A stretch of 64,000 nucleotides of DNA from Enterobacter phage vB_Ent31: sequence record OR567511.1; one strand, given 5' to 3'. The position numbers were made by a program, and so were the translations under genes. The notes beneath the pieces are model-generated. The model worked only from the letters and a program-made list of their open reading frames with translations, ran no database searches and was not told the DNA's origin. Below, piece after piece: positions 16,937 through 27,067 of the stretch (position 1 is the first letter of the stretch; each line of letters starts with the position of its first letter).

Positions 16937-17512
16937 ATGTTATTCAGCTTTTTTGACCCTATTACATACACCGCTAAAACGGTTGATGAAAACGCTAAGC
17001 CTATTTCCATGACAGACATTTTCAGAAACTATAAAGCATACTTCAAAAGAGTTGCTGCTAACTATCGTCTGCGCACATATTATATCCAAGGTTCTCCACG
17101 ACCTGAAGAGTTGTCTAACATCATTTATGGAAACCCTCAATTGTATTGGGTACTTCTGATGTGTAATGATAACTATGACCCTTACTACGGTTGGATTACA
17201 AGCCAAGAAGCGGCTTATAGAGCTTCTGAACAGAGATATGAAAATGCTGGTGGAAATCAGGTGTTGTACCATGTTGATGCTAAAGGAGAAAGATACTATA
17301 ACTTAGTAGAATCTGAAACTAATCCAGGCACATGGTATGACAAAGGAGATACTCTTCAAGAACATCCTCAATATCAAGGTGCTTTAGCAGCTGTAGATGT
17401 TTATGAAGCAGCTATTCTTGAAAATGAAAAGAAACGTCAAATCAAAATTATTTCTCCTGCTGATATTGACACTTTTATTGCAGACTTAATCCGTGAGATG
17501 GAGATTGCATAA
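16937..17512 (+). CDS. 53: gp53 baseplate wedge protein
   Basis: 191 aa (T4 196 aa). Immediately upstream of gene 5, ATGA-coupled. Confidence 0.75.
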   Translation: MLFSFFDPITYTAKTVDENAKPISMTDIFRNYKAYFKRVAANYRLRTYYIQGSPRPEELSNIIYGNPQLYWVLLMCNDNYDPYYGWITSQEAAYRASEQRYENAGGNQVLYHVDAKGERYYNLVESETNPGTWYDKGDTLQEHPQYQGALAAVDVYEAAILENEKKRQIKIISPADIDTFIADLIREMEIA

Positions 17513-19242
17513 TGGAAATGATTAGTAACTCTCTTCAATGGTTCACAGGGGTTGTTGAAGATAGAATGGACCCGCTTAAGCGTGGTCGCGTACGCGTAAG
17601 AGTGCATGGGCTTCATCCATTCCAGAAGACTCAAGGCCCAGTAATGGGTGTTCCAACTGAAGACCTTCCATGGATGAGTCCAATATTTCCTGTAACATCT
17701 GCAGCTATTTCTGGTGTTGGTGGTTCAGTTACTGGCCCCGTTGAAGGGACTCATGTGTATGGTCATTTTTTAGACAAATACAGACAAAACGGAATTATTC
17801 TTGGAACGTATGCAGCAAACGCAACTGCTCGTCCAAATAGAACAGAAGGATTCTCTGACCCGACTGGACAATATCCTCGATATCTTGGTAATGACACTAA
17901 CGCATTGAACCAGGGTGGAGTTGAAGGCGACGATTATACCGCGAATATAGTTCAAGATAGTAACCTTGACACTGGTATTAATCCAGATGATACTGACCTT
18001 TCTAATATCCCGGAAGACAATAATCCGAATTACACAATAGAAGCAATGCTTCGTCGTGACGAAGGTCTCCGTTTGAAAGTTTATTGGGACGTTAAAGGAT
18101 ACACAGTTGGTATAGGTCATTTTATCGGTGAATTCTCTCAGGGAGACATGGCTGGAGCAAATAAAGCTCTTTCTAAGCAAATAGGACGAGAAGTGACTGG
18201 AAACCCAGGTTCTATTTCAATTGATGAAGCATCTATGCTCTTTGAACAAGATGTTGAAAAAGTTCAAAAAGATATTAAAGCTAACTCTGCTGTTGGCCCA
18301 GTTTATGCCAAGATGAATAAGTCTCGTCAAATGGCTTTGGAAAATATGAGTTTCCAGATGGGTGTAGGTGGTGTAGCTAAATTCACTGGCATGCTCGCGG
18401 CTATGTTCATTGGTGATTGGAAAACTGCCTATAATGAAGCAAGAAATTCTCGTTGGTTCCAACAGACCAAAGGACGAGCATCTCGTGTTTCAATGATTAT
18501 ATTGACCGGTAACTTGGAGTCATATGGTATTCCAGTATCTCCTCCAAGCCCAAAAAGTTTATCAGCGGCTGCTGTAGCTATGGCAACTGGGTCATCTGAC
18601 CCGTGGGGACCACCAGTTCCTCAAACCGGAAGAATACTTTTTAAAGAACCGCCATCGTCATATAACGGTCAATATCCATATGTCCATACAATGGAAACTG
18701 AGTCTGGACATATTCAAGAATTTGATGATACCCCAGGATATGAACGTTATCGTATTGTTCATCCAACCGGGACGTATGAAGAAGTTGCTCCTGACGGACG
18801 AAGAACAAGAAAAACTGTCGGCGACCTTTATGATATGACCGGTGGTGACGGAAATATTTTAATTTCAGGCGATAAGAAAGTCAACGTCGGTGGTGATGAA
18901 ACTTATTACAATATGGCTAATAAGATTAATCAAATCGATGGAAACAATACTCTCTTTATTCGTGGTGATGAAACTAAAACTATTGAAGGCGACGGAACCC
19001 TTTATGTGAAGGGTAATATCAAAATTGTTGTTGATGGAAATGCTGATATTCTTGTGAAAGGCGATGCAAAAACACAAGTTGAAGGCAACCACGACTACAC
19101 TGTCAATGGTAATGTCACTTGGTCTGTTAAAGGTAACGTGTCAATGAATGTCACCGGAAACTGGGCTGAAACTATGCAGACAATGAGTTCTAAAGCATCT
19201 GGTCAGTACACTGTCGACGGTTCACGTATCGATATCGGTTGA
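17512..19242 (+). CDS. 5: gp5 baseplate hub / central spike with lysozyme domain
   Basis: 576 aa (T4 575 aa). N-terminal OB-fold region. T4-lysozyme-like domain (EAMLRRDEGLRLKVYWDVKGYTVGIGH). C-terminal VxGxxxxxx beta-helix repeats. Confidence 0.9.
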   Translation: MEMISNSLQWFTGVVEDRMDPLKRGRVRVRVHGLHPFQKTQGPVMGVPTEDLPWMSPIFPVTSAAISGVGGSVTGPVEGTHVYGHFLDKYRQNGIILGTYAANATARPNRTEGFSDPTGQYPRYLGNDTNALNQGGVEGDDYTANIVQDSNLDTGINPDDTDLSNIPEDNNPNYTIEAMLRRDEGLRLKVYWDVKGYTVGIGHFIGEFSQGDMAGANKALSKQIGREVTGNPGSISIDEASMLFEQDVEKVQKDIKANSAVGPVYAKMNKSRQMALENMSFQMGVGGVAKFTGMLAAMFIGDWKTAYNEARNSRWFQQTKGRASRVSMIILTGNLESYGIPVSPPSPKSLSAAAVAMATGSSDPWGPPVPQTGRILFKEPPSSYNGQYPYVHTMETESGHIQEFDDTPGYERYRIVHPTGTYEEVAPDGRRTRKTVGDLYDMTGGDGNILISGDKKVNVGGDETYYNMANKINQIDGNNTLFIRGDETKTIEGDGTLYVKGNIKIVVDGNADILVKGDAKTQVEGNHDYTVNGNVTWSVKGNVSMNVTGNWAETMQTMSSKASGQYTVDGSRIDIG

Positions 19243-19249
19243 GGTAATA

Positions 19250-19753
19250 ATGGTTGACATACTTCCAGTAAACACTGAACTGCCTGATATTCAAGAAGGC
19301 GGTTCAGTTAATCAAACATTCACAGCTCAATTAGAAGCAACAGACACATTAGAGTCTATAAATATAATTGATTTTCAACCTACTCCTGGGATTATGGTCT
19401 CAGGAGCCAATTACAAAGGCGTATATGAAAGTGTCTTTTCCTTTGGAGGAGATGCTCTTAAATATCGAGAAGGTGATGAATTTAAAGTAGCACAATCGTG
19501 GGAATCTTTACCACCTTCTGGTACAGCCGATTTATACCTCTGGAAAGCCCCCTCTAAACTTGAGAGGACATTTACGTACACAGTTAAGGTTATATATTGG
19601 AGACAAGGCGAAGACACTACAGGACCATCTGGTGAACCTGTCACACCTCCTCCAGTTAAAATGGAAATGACCAAAACTTATTCTCAGTTAGTGTATGGTA
19701 ATTGGAGCAAATGGGCTGAACAACTTCGTTCATACGTATATGCGAGACCATAA
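19250..19753 (+). CDS. 5.1: gp5.1-like protein
   Basis: 167 aa ORF between gene 5 and 5.4, as in T4. Confidence 0.55.
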   Translation: MVDILPVNTELPDIQEGGSVNQTFTAQLEATDTLESINIIDFQPTPGIMVSGANYKGVYESVFSFGGDALKYREGDEFKVAQSWESLPPSGTADLYLWKAPSKLERTFTYTVKVIYWRQGEDTTGPSGEPVTPPPVKMEMTKTYSQLVYGNWSKWAEQLRSYVYARP

Positions 19754-20049
19754 TGGCCGGATTAAGTTATGACAAAGCTTTAACTGCAGGACACTCTGCT
19801 TATCCTCCAACGCAAGTAAATGCGACACAGGGAAAAGTATTTGTTGGTGGAATTGCAGTTCTAGTAGATGGAGACCAAATAACTCCTCATACTAAAACAG
19901 TTAAACCCTACGACACTCACGGGGGTTCTGTTCAACCTCGTACAAGTAAAGTGTTCGTTACAGGAAAGAAAGCCGTTCAAATGGCTGACCCTATTTCTTG
20001 CGGTGACACTGTAGCCGAATCGAGTAACAAAGTATTCATTCACGGATAA
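19753..20049 (+). CDS. 5.4: gp5.4 PAAR-repeat spike-tip protein
   Basis: 98 aa (T4 97 aa). PAAR-like repeats (VFVGGIAV..., VFVTGKKAV..., VFIHG). Confidence 0.7.
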   Translation: MAGLSYDKALTAGHSAYPPTQVNATQGKVFVGGIAVLVDGDQITPHTKTVKPYDTHGGSVQPRTSKVFVTGKKAVQMADPISCGDTVAESSNKVFIHG

Positions 20050-20053
20050 AACA

Positions 20054-22000
20054 ATGGCAACTACTGAACCCTTTAACTATCAATTAAAAAGAACCGCGAA
20101 TGCGATTCCTGAAGTTTTCATCGGCGGCACGTTCCAAGAAATTAAAAAGAACTTCGTTGACTGGCTGCGTGGCCAAAATGAGTTTTTAGATTATGATTTC
20201 GAAGGTTCACGCATGAACGTACTGCTGGACCTCTTAGCATACAACACTCTTTACATTCAGCAATTCGGTAATAGTGCAGTGTATGAATCATTCATGCGTA
20301 CTGCCAACCTCAGAAGCTCAGTTGTTCAAGCAGCTCAAGATAATGGATATCTTCCATCTTCTCGTTCGGCAGCTAAAACACAAATCATGCTGGAATGTAC
20401 TCATGCATTGAATGAAAACAGTTTAAGAATTCCTCGCGGAACAAGATTCCTTGCATACGCTCGAGACACAAGTGCTGACCCGTATCCATTCGTAACTACT
20501 GAAGACGTAATTGCGTTAAAAGACCAAAACAACTTATATTTCCCTCGTGTTAAATTAGCACAAGGTCGTATTGTTCGCACTGAATTAAAATACAATAAGT
20601 TGAAACCAATTATCATCAGGGACGAAAATATCGACCGTTCAGAGGTTCGTTTATTCGTTGATGGTGCAGAATGGACTAACTGGACTTACAAGTCAATGGT
20701 GCACGCTGGTTCTACATCAACAATTTATTACATGCGCGAAACTGTAGATGGTCACACTGAATTCTTCTTTGGAGAAGGTGAGCAATCTGTTTCCGTCGCT
20801 GGCGCAGCTTTAGAAGCTAACTACATCGGCGGGTTAAAACCTATTCAAGACCAAACTATCGTTATTGAATATATTCGTACTGATGGTGAACGAGCAAACG
20901 GTGCTACTGAATTTTCTTATGCTGATACACTCCCGTATATAAGTGTACAGAAAATCTACGAAAACCCAGATGATTCTCCAGATTACGTTGGTGCTGATGG
21001 TGGTGGTGACCCTGAAGATATTGAACGTATTCGCGAACTCGGAACTATTAAAAGAGAAGCTCAAGCTCGTTGCGTAACCGCAACTGACTATGATACTTTC
21101 GTTTCAGAGCGTTTCGGTTCAATAGTTCAAGCTGTACAGACATTTACTGACCAATATAAGCCTGGCTATGCATTTATCGCAATTAAACCAAAATCTGGAC
21201 TGTACTTAACTTCTGTTCAAAGAGAAGACATTCAGAACTATCTGAAGCCATTTAACTTGGCTACGATTACTCCATCTGTTATTTCTCCGAACTATTTGTT
21301 CTTGAAGCATAAAATTAAAGTTACTTATGCTTTAAACAAACTTCAAGAATCAGAGCAGTGGTTACATGGACAAATCATCGATAAAATTGATGAGTATTAC
21401 ACCAATGAAGTTGAAATTTTCAATGCTCAATTTGCTAAGTCAAGAATGCTGACTTATGTTGACAGAGCAGACCATTCAATTATCGGTTCATCTGCCGAAA
21501 TTGAAATGATTCGTGAAGTTCAAAACTTCTTTGAAACTCCATCTTCAGGTATTAAATACTATAACCAGATTACTCCACGCAGTTTAAAATCAAGCGAATT
21601 CAAATTCATTAAAGGCTCTTCATCTTACATGGTACGTTTAGCTGGTACTGTCGGTGATGGCAAAAAAGGTAAAATTGTTCTTGGGCCATTTAAAGCCGGG
21701 GATTTAGCAGCTACTCCAGCCGCTCCAATTTATACCGGTAGTGATTTTGAAAAGCTTCCAGTAACTGATGGAAGAAATACATATTTCGTTGTTGGTGAAG
21801 TAGATTATCCATCTGATTATATCTATTGGAATATCGCAGCTCTTAATATTAACTCAAGTTTATTTGACGTTCAATCAATTGAGCTTTATTCTTCACCAAA
21901 AGAAAACAACATTTTCACTAAAGATGGTTCATTGATTGTATTTGAGAATGATCTTCGTCCTCAATACACGACCATCACATTGGAGCCTATTGCACAATGA
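20054..22000 (+). CDS. 6: gp6 baseplate wedge protein
   Basis: 648 aa (T4 660 aa). Synteny. Confidence 0.85.
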   Translation: MATTEPFNYQLKRTANAIPEVFIGGTFQEIKKNFVDWLRGQNEFLDYDFEGSRMNVLLDLLAYNTLYIQQFGNSAVYESFMRTANLRSSVVQAAQDNGYLPSSRSAAKTQIMLECTHALNENSLRIPRGTRFLAYARDTSADPYPFVTTEDVIALKDQNNLYFPRVKLAQGRIVRTELKYNKLKPIIIRDENIDRSEVRLFVDGAEWTNWTYKSMVHAGSTSTIYYMRETVDGHTEFFFGEGEQSVSVAGAALEANYIGGLKPIQDQTIVIEYIRTDGERANGATEFSYADTLPYISVQKIYENPDDSPDYVGADGGGDPEDIERIRELGTIKREAQARCVTATDYDTFVSERFGSIVQAVQTFTDQYKPGYAFIAIKPKSGLYLTSVQREDIQNYLKPFNLATITPSVISPNYLFLKHKIKVTYALNKLQESEQWLHGQIIDKIDEYYTNEVEIFNAQFAKSRMLTYVDRADHSIIGSSAEIEMIREVQNFFETPSSGIKYYNQITPRSLKSSEFKFIKGSSSYMVRLAGTVGDGKKGKIVLGPFKAGDLAATPAAPIYTGSDFEKLPVTDGRNTYFVVGEVDYPSDYIYWNIAALNINSSLFDVQSIELYSSPKENNIFTKDGSLIVFENDLRPQYTTITLEPIAQ

Positions 22001-25000
22001 CTGTAAAAGCACCTTCTGTTACAAGTCTCAGAATAACAAAACTATCTGCAAACCAAGTTCAAATTAAGTGGGATGACGTTGGTGCTAACTTCTTCTATTT
22101 TGTTGAACTTGCAGAGACTCGTAGCCCAAACGGGGAGGTTATACTCCCCGAAAATTATCAATGGAGAAATTTAGGCTATACTGCTGAAAATGAATTTTTC
22201 GAAGACAACTACATTCGCCCATTGAGTTATTATGTTATGCGAGTGGCTGTGGCCGCTGAAGGATTCGAGCAATCAAATTGGAAAATGACTGAAGAATTTC
22301 AGTCATTCGAAACGAACGTCTACACGTTTGAAATGATGCGTCAGATGACTTTATCTAAGCAGTTCATTGAAGAAAAATTCACTAAAGATAACGAAGATTT
22401 TGTGAATTTTAACCGTGATACTATCATGGCATCTTTGATGGATGAAACATTCCAATTTTCTCCTGAATATCGCACGGCTTCTTCTGTTAACAATTTTATT
22501 CTTAAAGAAGATGAATACCATGAAATTCAAGGCGACATAGCTAAAATCTGTAAAGATAAAGAGCGTGTAATGCTTATGGAATCTGAAGGGGTTCTTTATC
22601 TCTTTGAAAGATTCCAGAATATCGTTAAAGTATCAAACGATAAAGGACAGACTTGGAAGGCCGTACGATTACTCAATGATCGCGTAGGGAACCCAGTATC
22701 AAAAAATGTATATTACCAAACGCGGAACACTACGTATCTCCTGGGATACGACAGGGTCTTCTACGGACGTAAGAGTAATGACATTCGTTGGTCGGCAGAT
22801 GACGTAAAATTCAGTTCTCAGGACGTTACGTTTGCTAAAATTGGTGACCAACTTAAACTCGGATTTGATGTAGAAATTTTTGGTACTTATGCTCGGCTTC
22901 CATTAGCAGTTCAGAAATATGCTGAAGCTATCACAGCAACAGATAGTATGATTTATGTTGCTGGTCGTGATGTTGTTTACAGAGCTAAGACTAGAAATGC
23001 TCCTATCGACCAAGACCCATTATCACCTACGTTTGGTGAAAAACTGTTCGATAATTGGACTTCAAGAATCACTGGTAATTCAAAAGCAGTTTGTCATAAC
23101 TTAGTTTCCGTAGATGGTGTAACTTTAGCATTAATCACTGGTGAAGTTAGAAACGAATTAGACGATCGTACTATTCCAGATAATGTTATCGATTCAGAAT
23201 CTAAAGGTGTTTATCTTTTAGAAGGTGATAACTGGGTAAGAGTCTTTGGAAACACTGCAGAAGAACGTAGACGTATAGAACATGGTTATACTTCAATGTC
23301 TACTAATGGAACTGATATTTTCTTCAGTTCAAGTAACTTTAAGTTTCTGGACTCTAATGTGGTACCAGACCCAGAAACAACTGCAAAATATGGTCTTTTA
23401 GGCGCTGTTAAGTATGAGTTCACAAGAGAATGGTTGTCTGACAAACATTATCATATGATGAGTTTCAGAACCAATTCTAAGAGCGGATTTAAAACTTTTG
23501 TTCCAGGCGCGATGAATTACTACGCTGAACCATTCTTTAACTGGTCTCGTAAATCAAAAACTCGTTGCTGGATTGACACATCATACAGAATTGTGGTTGT
23601 TTATTCTGATATCACTCACTCTAAAGTCATTGATATTAATGGCTCGGGTTCTCCTGACCGAGTGTTGCATGAATACTGGGATAAAGGCACTTGTACAGTA
23701 ACAAGTCCTAACATTCAGTTTGACAATTTCACAAAATATGCTTCTGGTATTTTATTCCACAAAATGTCAGGTGAAATCATTTCATACTTCGAATTTGATT
23801 ATCGAGTTCGTGATGAAGTGTCTATCATATGGAAACCATCTGAAATTTTCTTAAAAGCATATCTTCAGAACCAAGAAAGAGTTGTTCCTTGGACTCCAGA
23901 CAATCGTGACGGACTTAAAGACCCTGATTTGCGTCCATTACTGAATACAATGATGCCAGATAGCTATTTGTTAGAAGAAAGCAACTTTGAGGCTTTCTGC
24001 GAAGCTTATATTCAGTACCTGTCAGATGGGTATGGAACTCAGTACAACAATTTGCTGAATTTAATTCGTAACAAATATCCTCGTGAAAAAGACGCTTGGG
24101 AATATTTGTGGTCTGAAGTTTATAAGCGCAATATCTATTTGAATCCAGATAAACGAGATGCTGTCTCAAGATTCTTTGAAGCTCGTAAGTCTGATTTTTA
24201 TTCAACTAAAGGTATTGAAGCTTCTTATCAATTCTTGTTCAAATTGTTATACAATGAAAACGTTGAAATTGAAATTGAATCAAATCCTGGAACAGAATAC
24301 GATATTATCATTGAATCTGATTCAGTGAACGACGATTTAGTTGGTCATACAATTTATACAGCGACCGGGCGTACAAACGTTACTTATGTTGAACGCCACT
24401 ATAATGAAGGTCGTTTGCAATGGCGAATTACAATTCACAACCTTTTAGGTCGTTTAATTGTAGGACAAGAGCTTAAAGCAGAACGTATGCCTGGATTTAG
24501 TGGTACTATTGTTCAGGGTGTACGTGGTAAAGAGTTAGTTGAAAATACCATAGAGTATATCAACCGTAACCGTTCTTACTATGTGATGAAAATTAAATCA
24601 AATCTTCCTACGTCAAGATACAGAAATGATGTTTTAAGATTTGTTCATCCAGTCGGTTTTGGATTTATTGGTATCACGTTACTGACTATGTTCATTAACG
24701 TTGGTTTGACCCTTAAACACGTTCAAACTATAATCAATAAATACAAAAACTACAAATGGGATGCAGGACTTCCACTTATTTGGCCTGACCGAGTAGCTCA
24801 ATTAGATTCAAATGGAAATATCGAGCATAACGATGTTACTGGAGAGGCTCTTTATTTACCTCATCCAAGAGCAAACGAAGACTTTGATATTCCTGACGAC
24901 TATGATGCTGAAAACAATAACTCAGTAATAGCTGGTCAGCTTCCATCGGAAAGACGAAAACCAATGAGTCCTACATTCGACCAAAGTGCAGTAACATTCT

Positions 25001-25095
25001 CCAATTGGAGAGATTTGGTTAATTCAAGACTTATTGATAAAGTTAATATCCCTCGTGACCCGGCTAATCCAACACAGGTTAAGATTAATGAATGA
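21997..25095 (+). CDS. 7: gp7 baseplate wedge initiator
   Basis: 1032 aa, exactly the T4 gp7 length. Synteny. Confidence 0.85.
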   Translation: MTVKAPSVTSLRITKLSANQVQIKWDDVGANFFYFVELAETRSPNGEVILPENYQWRNLGYTAENEFFEDNYIRPLSYYVMRVAVAAEGFEQSNWKMTEEFQSFETNVYTFEMMRQMTLSKQFIEEKFTKDNEDFVNFNRDTIMASLMDETFQFSPEYRTASSVNNFILKEDEYHEIQGDIAKICKDKERVMLMESEGVLYLFERFQNIVKVSNDKGQTWKAVRLLNDRVGNPVSKNVYYQTRNTTYLLGYDRVFYGRKSNDIRWSADDVKFSSQDVTFAKIGDQLKLGFDVEIFGTYARLPLAVQKYAEAITATDSMIYVAGRDVVYRAKTRNAPIDQDPLSPTFGEKLFDNWTSRITGNSKAVCHNLVSVDGVTLALITGEVRNELDDRTIPDNVIDSESKGVYLLEGDNWVRVFGNTAEERRRIEHGYTSMSTNGTDIFFSSSNFKFLDSNVVPDPETTAKYGLLGAVKYEFTREWLSDKHYHMMSFRTNSKSGFKTFVPGAMNYYAEPFFNWSRKSKTRCWIDTSYRIVVVYSDITHSKVIDINGSGSPDRVLHEYWDKGTCTVTSPNIQFDNFTKYASGILFHKMSGEIISYFEFDYRVRDEVSIIWKPSEIFLKAYLQNQERVVPWTPDNRDGLKDPDLRPLLNTMMPDSYLLEESNFEAFCEAYIQYLSDGYGTQYNNLLNLIRNKYPREKDAWEYLWSEVYKRNIYLNPDKRDAVSRFFEARKSDFYSTKGIEASYQFLFKLLYNENVEIEIESNPGTEYDIIIESDSVNDDLVGHTIYTATGRTNVTYVERHYNEGRLQWRITIHNLLGRLIVGQELKAERMPGFSGTIVQGVRGKELVENTIEYINRNRSYYVMKIKSNLPTSRYRNDVLRFVHPVGFGFIGITLLTMFINVGLTLKHVQTIINKYKNYKWDAGLPLIWPDRVAQLDSNGNIEHNDVTGEALYLPHPRANEDFDIPDDYDAENNNSVIAGQLPSERRKPMSPTFDQSAVTFSNWRDLVNSRLIDKVNIPRDPANPTQVKINE

Positions 25096-26098
25096 TTCAA
25101 GCGTAATCTATCGTTCCATAGTGACTTCAAAATTCCGTACTGAAAAGATGCTGAATTTTTATGAGTCAATTGGTGATGGCGATAATCAAAACACAATTTA
25201 CATCACATTCGGACGAAGTGAACCTTGGTCAGATAACGAATCGGAGGTGGGGTTCGCCCCACCATATCCAGTAGATAATACACAAGGCGTTGAAGACATG
25301 TGGACTCATATGATGGGTTCAGTAAAAGTAATGCCTTCTATGCTGGACGCAATTATTCCCCGTAAAGATTGGGGAGATATTCGTTATCCTAACCCAAGAA
25401 ACTTTTCAATTGGTGAAATTGTTGTTGTAAACAGTGCTCCATATAACGCCACAGAAGTAGGTAGTGGCTGGTTGGTATATCGTTGTATTGATATTCCTGA
25501 TGCAGGCACATGCTCAATTAATACTATCAAAAATAAAGAAGAGTGTATTAAGCTCGGTGGTAAATGGACTTCTTCTGTTCAATCAGCATTTCCTCCAAGA
25601 GGACGTGGCGATGCAATAAACGATAATAAGATTGATATGAAAGACGGATATCTTTGGGAATATCTTTATGAGATTCCACCTGATGTTTCTATCAACCGTT
25701 GCACAAACGAATATATTGTCGTTCCTTGGCCTGATGAAGTTAAAGAAGACCCAGAACGTTGGGGTTACAACAATAACTTGGAATGGGAACACGACGCGTA
25801 TGGAATTATCTATCGCGTAAAAGCATATACTATTCGATTTAAAGCATATTTCGATTCAGTATATTTCCCAGAAGCAGCTTTACCTGGTAACAAAGGCTTC
25901 CGTCAAATTTCAGTTATTACTAATCCATTAGAAGCTAAAAAGATACCTTCTGAGCCAAATAAAAAGGCTAAGAATTTATGGTACAACCCTATTGATTTAA
26001 GCCGTCATTCCGGTGAAATGATTTACATGGAAAACAGGCCTCCTATCATTATGGCTATGGACCAAACCGAAGAAATTAACATCATCTTCGAATTCTAA
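25088..26098 (+). CDS. 8: gp8 baseplate wedge protein
   Basis: Start set at MNDSSVIYRSIVTSKFRTEKMLNFY, which is the T4 gp8 N-terminus. 336 aa (T4 334 aa). Confidence 0.85.
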   Translation: MNDSSVIYRSIVTSKFRTEKMLNFYESIGDGDNQNTIYITFGRSEPWSDNESEVGFAPPYPVDNTQGVEDMWTHMMGSVKVMPSMLDAIIPRKDWGDIRYPNPRNFSIGEIVVVNSAPYNATEVGSGWLVYRCIDIPDAGTCSINTIKNKEECIKLGGKWTSSVQSAFPPRGRGDAINDNKIDMKDGYLWEYLYEIPPDVSINRCTNEYIVVPWPDEVKEDPERWGYNNNLEWEHDAYGIIYRVKAYTIRFKAYFDSVYFPEAALPGNKGFRQISVITNPLEAKKIPSEPNKKAKNLWYNPIDLSRHSGEMIYMENRPPIIMAMDQTEEINIIFEF

Positions 26099-26100
26099 TG

Positions 26101-26125
26101 CGGGAGCCTGAGGGCTCCCATTTTT
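26101..26125 (+). terminator. rho-independent terminator after gene 8
   Basis: GGGAGCC-TGA-GGGCTCCC followed by ATTTTTG. Confidence 0.6.
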
Positions 26126-26126
26126 G

Positions 26127-26134
26127 TATAAATA
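26127..26134 (+). promoter_or_regulatory. T4 late promoter TATAAATA for gene 9
   Basis: Exact TATAAATA 25 nt upstream of the gene 9 ATG. Confidence 0.6.
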
Positions 26135-26158
26135 GCATATATCAATAGAGGACTTATT

Positions 26159-27067
26159 ATGTTCGAACAAGAAGCAAAGCAACTAATTGACGTCGGTGAA
26201 ATTGGTAACGCATCGACTGGTGATATTTTGTTCGATGGCGGTAACAAAATTAATAACAACTTCAATGGCATTTATAATGCATTTGGTGACCAAAGAAAAA
26301 TGGCCTTAGACAATGGCCAAGGTTCTGGAGTTGGACAAGTAATTCATGCTACCGGCTATTGGCAGAAATCAAATGACCCACTGGAATTTACTACTCCAGT
26401 ACCAAACGGCTCACAATATGACATTGACACTTCAGGAGGAGCTGTACAAGTTACTTTAAGTAAAGGCGTTCGCGGAGAAGCAGTATTTTTCTGCAACAGC
26501 AATGGCTCATTCTCTCCAACTAACCCATTAACTATTGATGCAAACGACACATTTGCAACTGTAACAGGTTCATTAAGAATTACGTCTCCTTACGTATTTG
26601 TAAAATGCTGGTGTATTTCTGACGAAGGCGGCCGTTCTGTTTGGGATTATTCAGTAGAAAGTATGTTTGGTGAAAAACATATTCCAACTGATGGCACTTG
26701 GCAATTAGGAGCCGTTGGTACTTCAGTAGATATTCCATTATTTCATAATACTGAATTTACTGTAGCGAAGTATCTTATTACTGCCGAAACCAGTAATGGT
26801 TCAAAAGCCAAAAGTTGCGAAATAAATATTCACATAGACAGAATTAAGAAAGAAGTTAATAGTGTAGAATATGCGGTAATTCGAATTGGAGCAGTTGACA
26901 CTCCAGCTACTTCTACTACACCTGAAGTGATTGATAAAATTTTCGTTCCTTCATTTGCTATTAACCCTAGCACAGGATATGTAGTCCTGACATTAACGCC
27001 AGGAGTCGCTGGTTTGAGAGCGGCAGTTAAAGCTATCGCTACACAGAAAATTGGGAATCCAAGATGA
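26159..27067 (+). CDS. 9: gp9 baseplate wedge / long-tail-fibre socket
   Basis: MFEQEAKQLIDVGEIGNASTGDILFDGGNKIN...YNAFGDQRKMA matches the T4 gp9 N-terminus. Confidence 0.85.
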   Translation: MFEQEAKQLIDVGEIGNASTGDILFDGGNKINNNFNGIYNAFGDQRKMALDNGQGSGVGQVIHATGYWQKSNDPLEFTTPVPNGSQYDIDTSGGAVQVTLSKGVRGEAVFFCNSNGSFSPTNPLTIDANDTFATVTGSLRITSPYVFVKCWCISDEGGRSVWDYSVESMFGEKHIPTDGTWQLGAVGTSVDIPLFHNTEFTVAKYLITAETSNGSKAKSCEINIHIDRIKKEVNSVEYAVIRIGAVDTPATSTTPEVIDKIFVPSFAINPSTGYVVLTLTPGVAGLRAAVKAIATQKIGNPR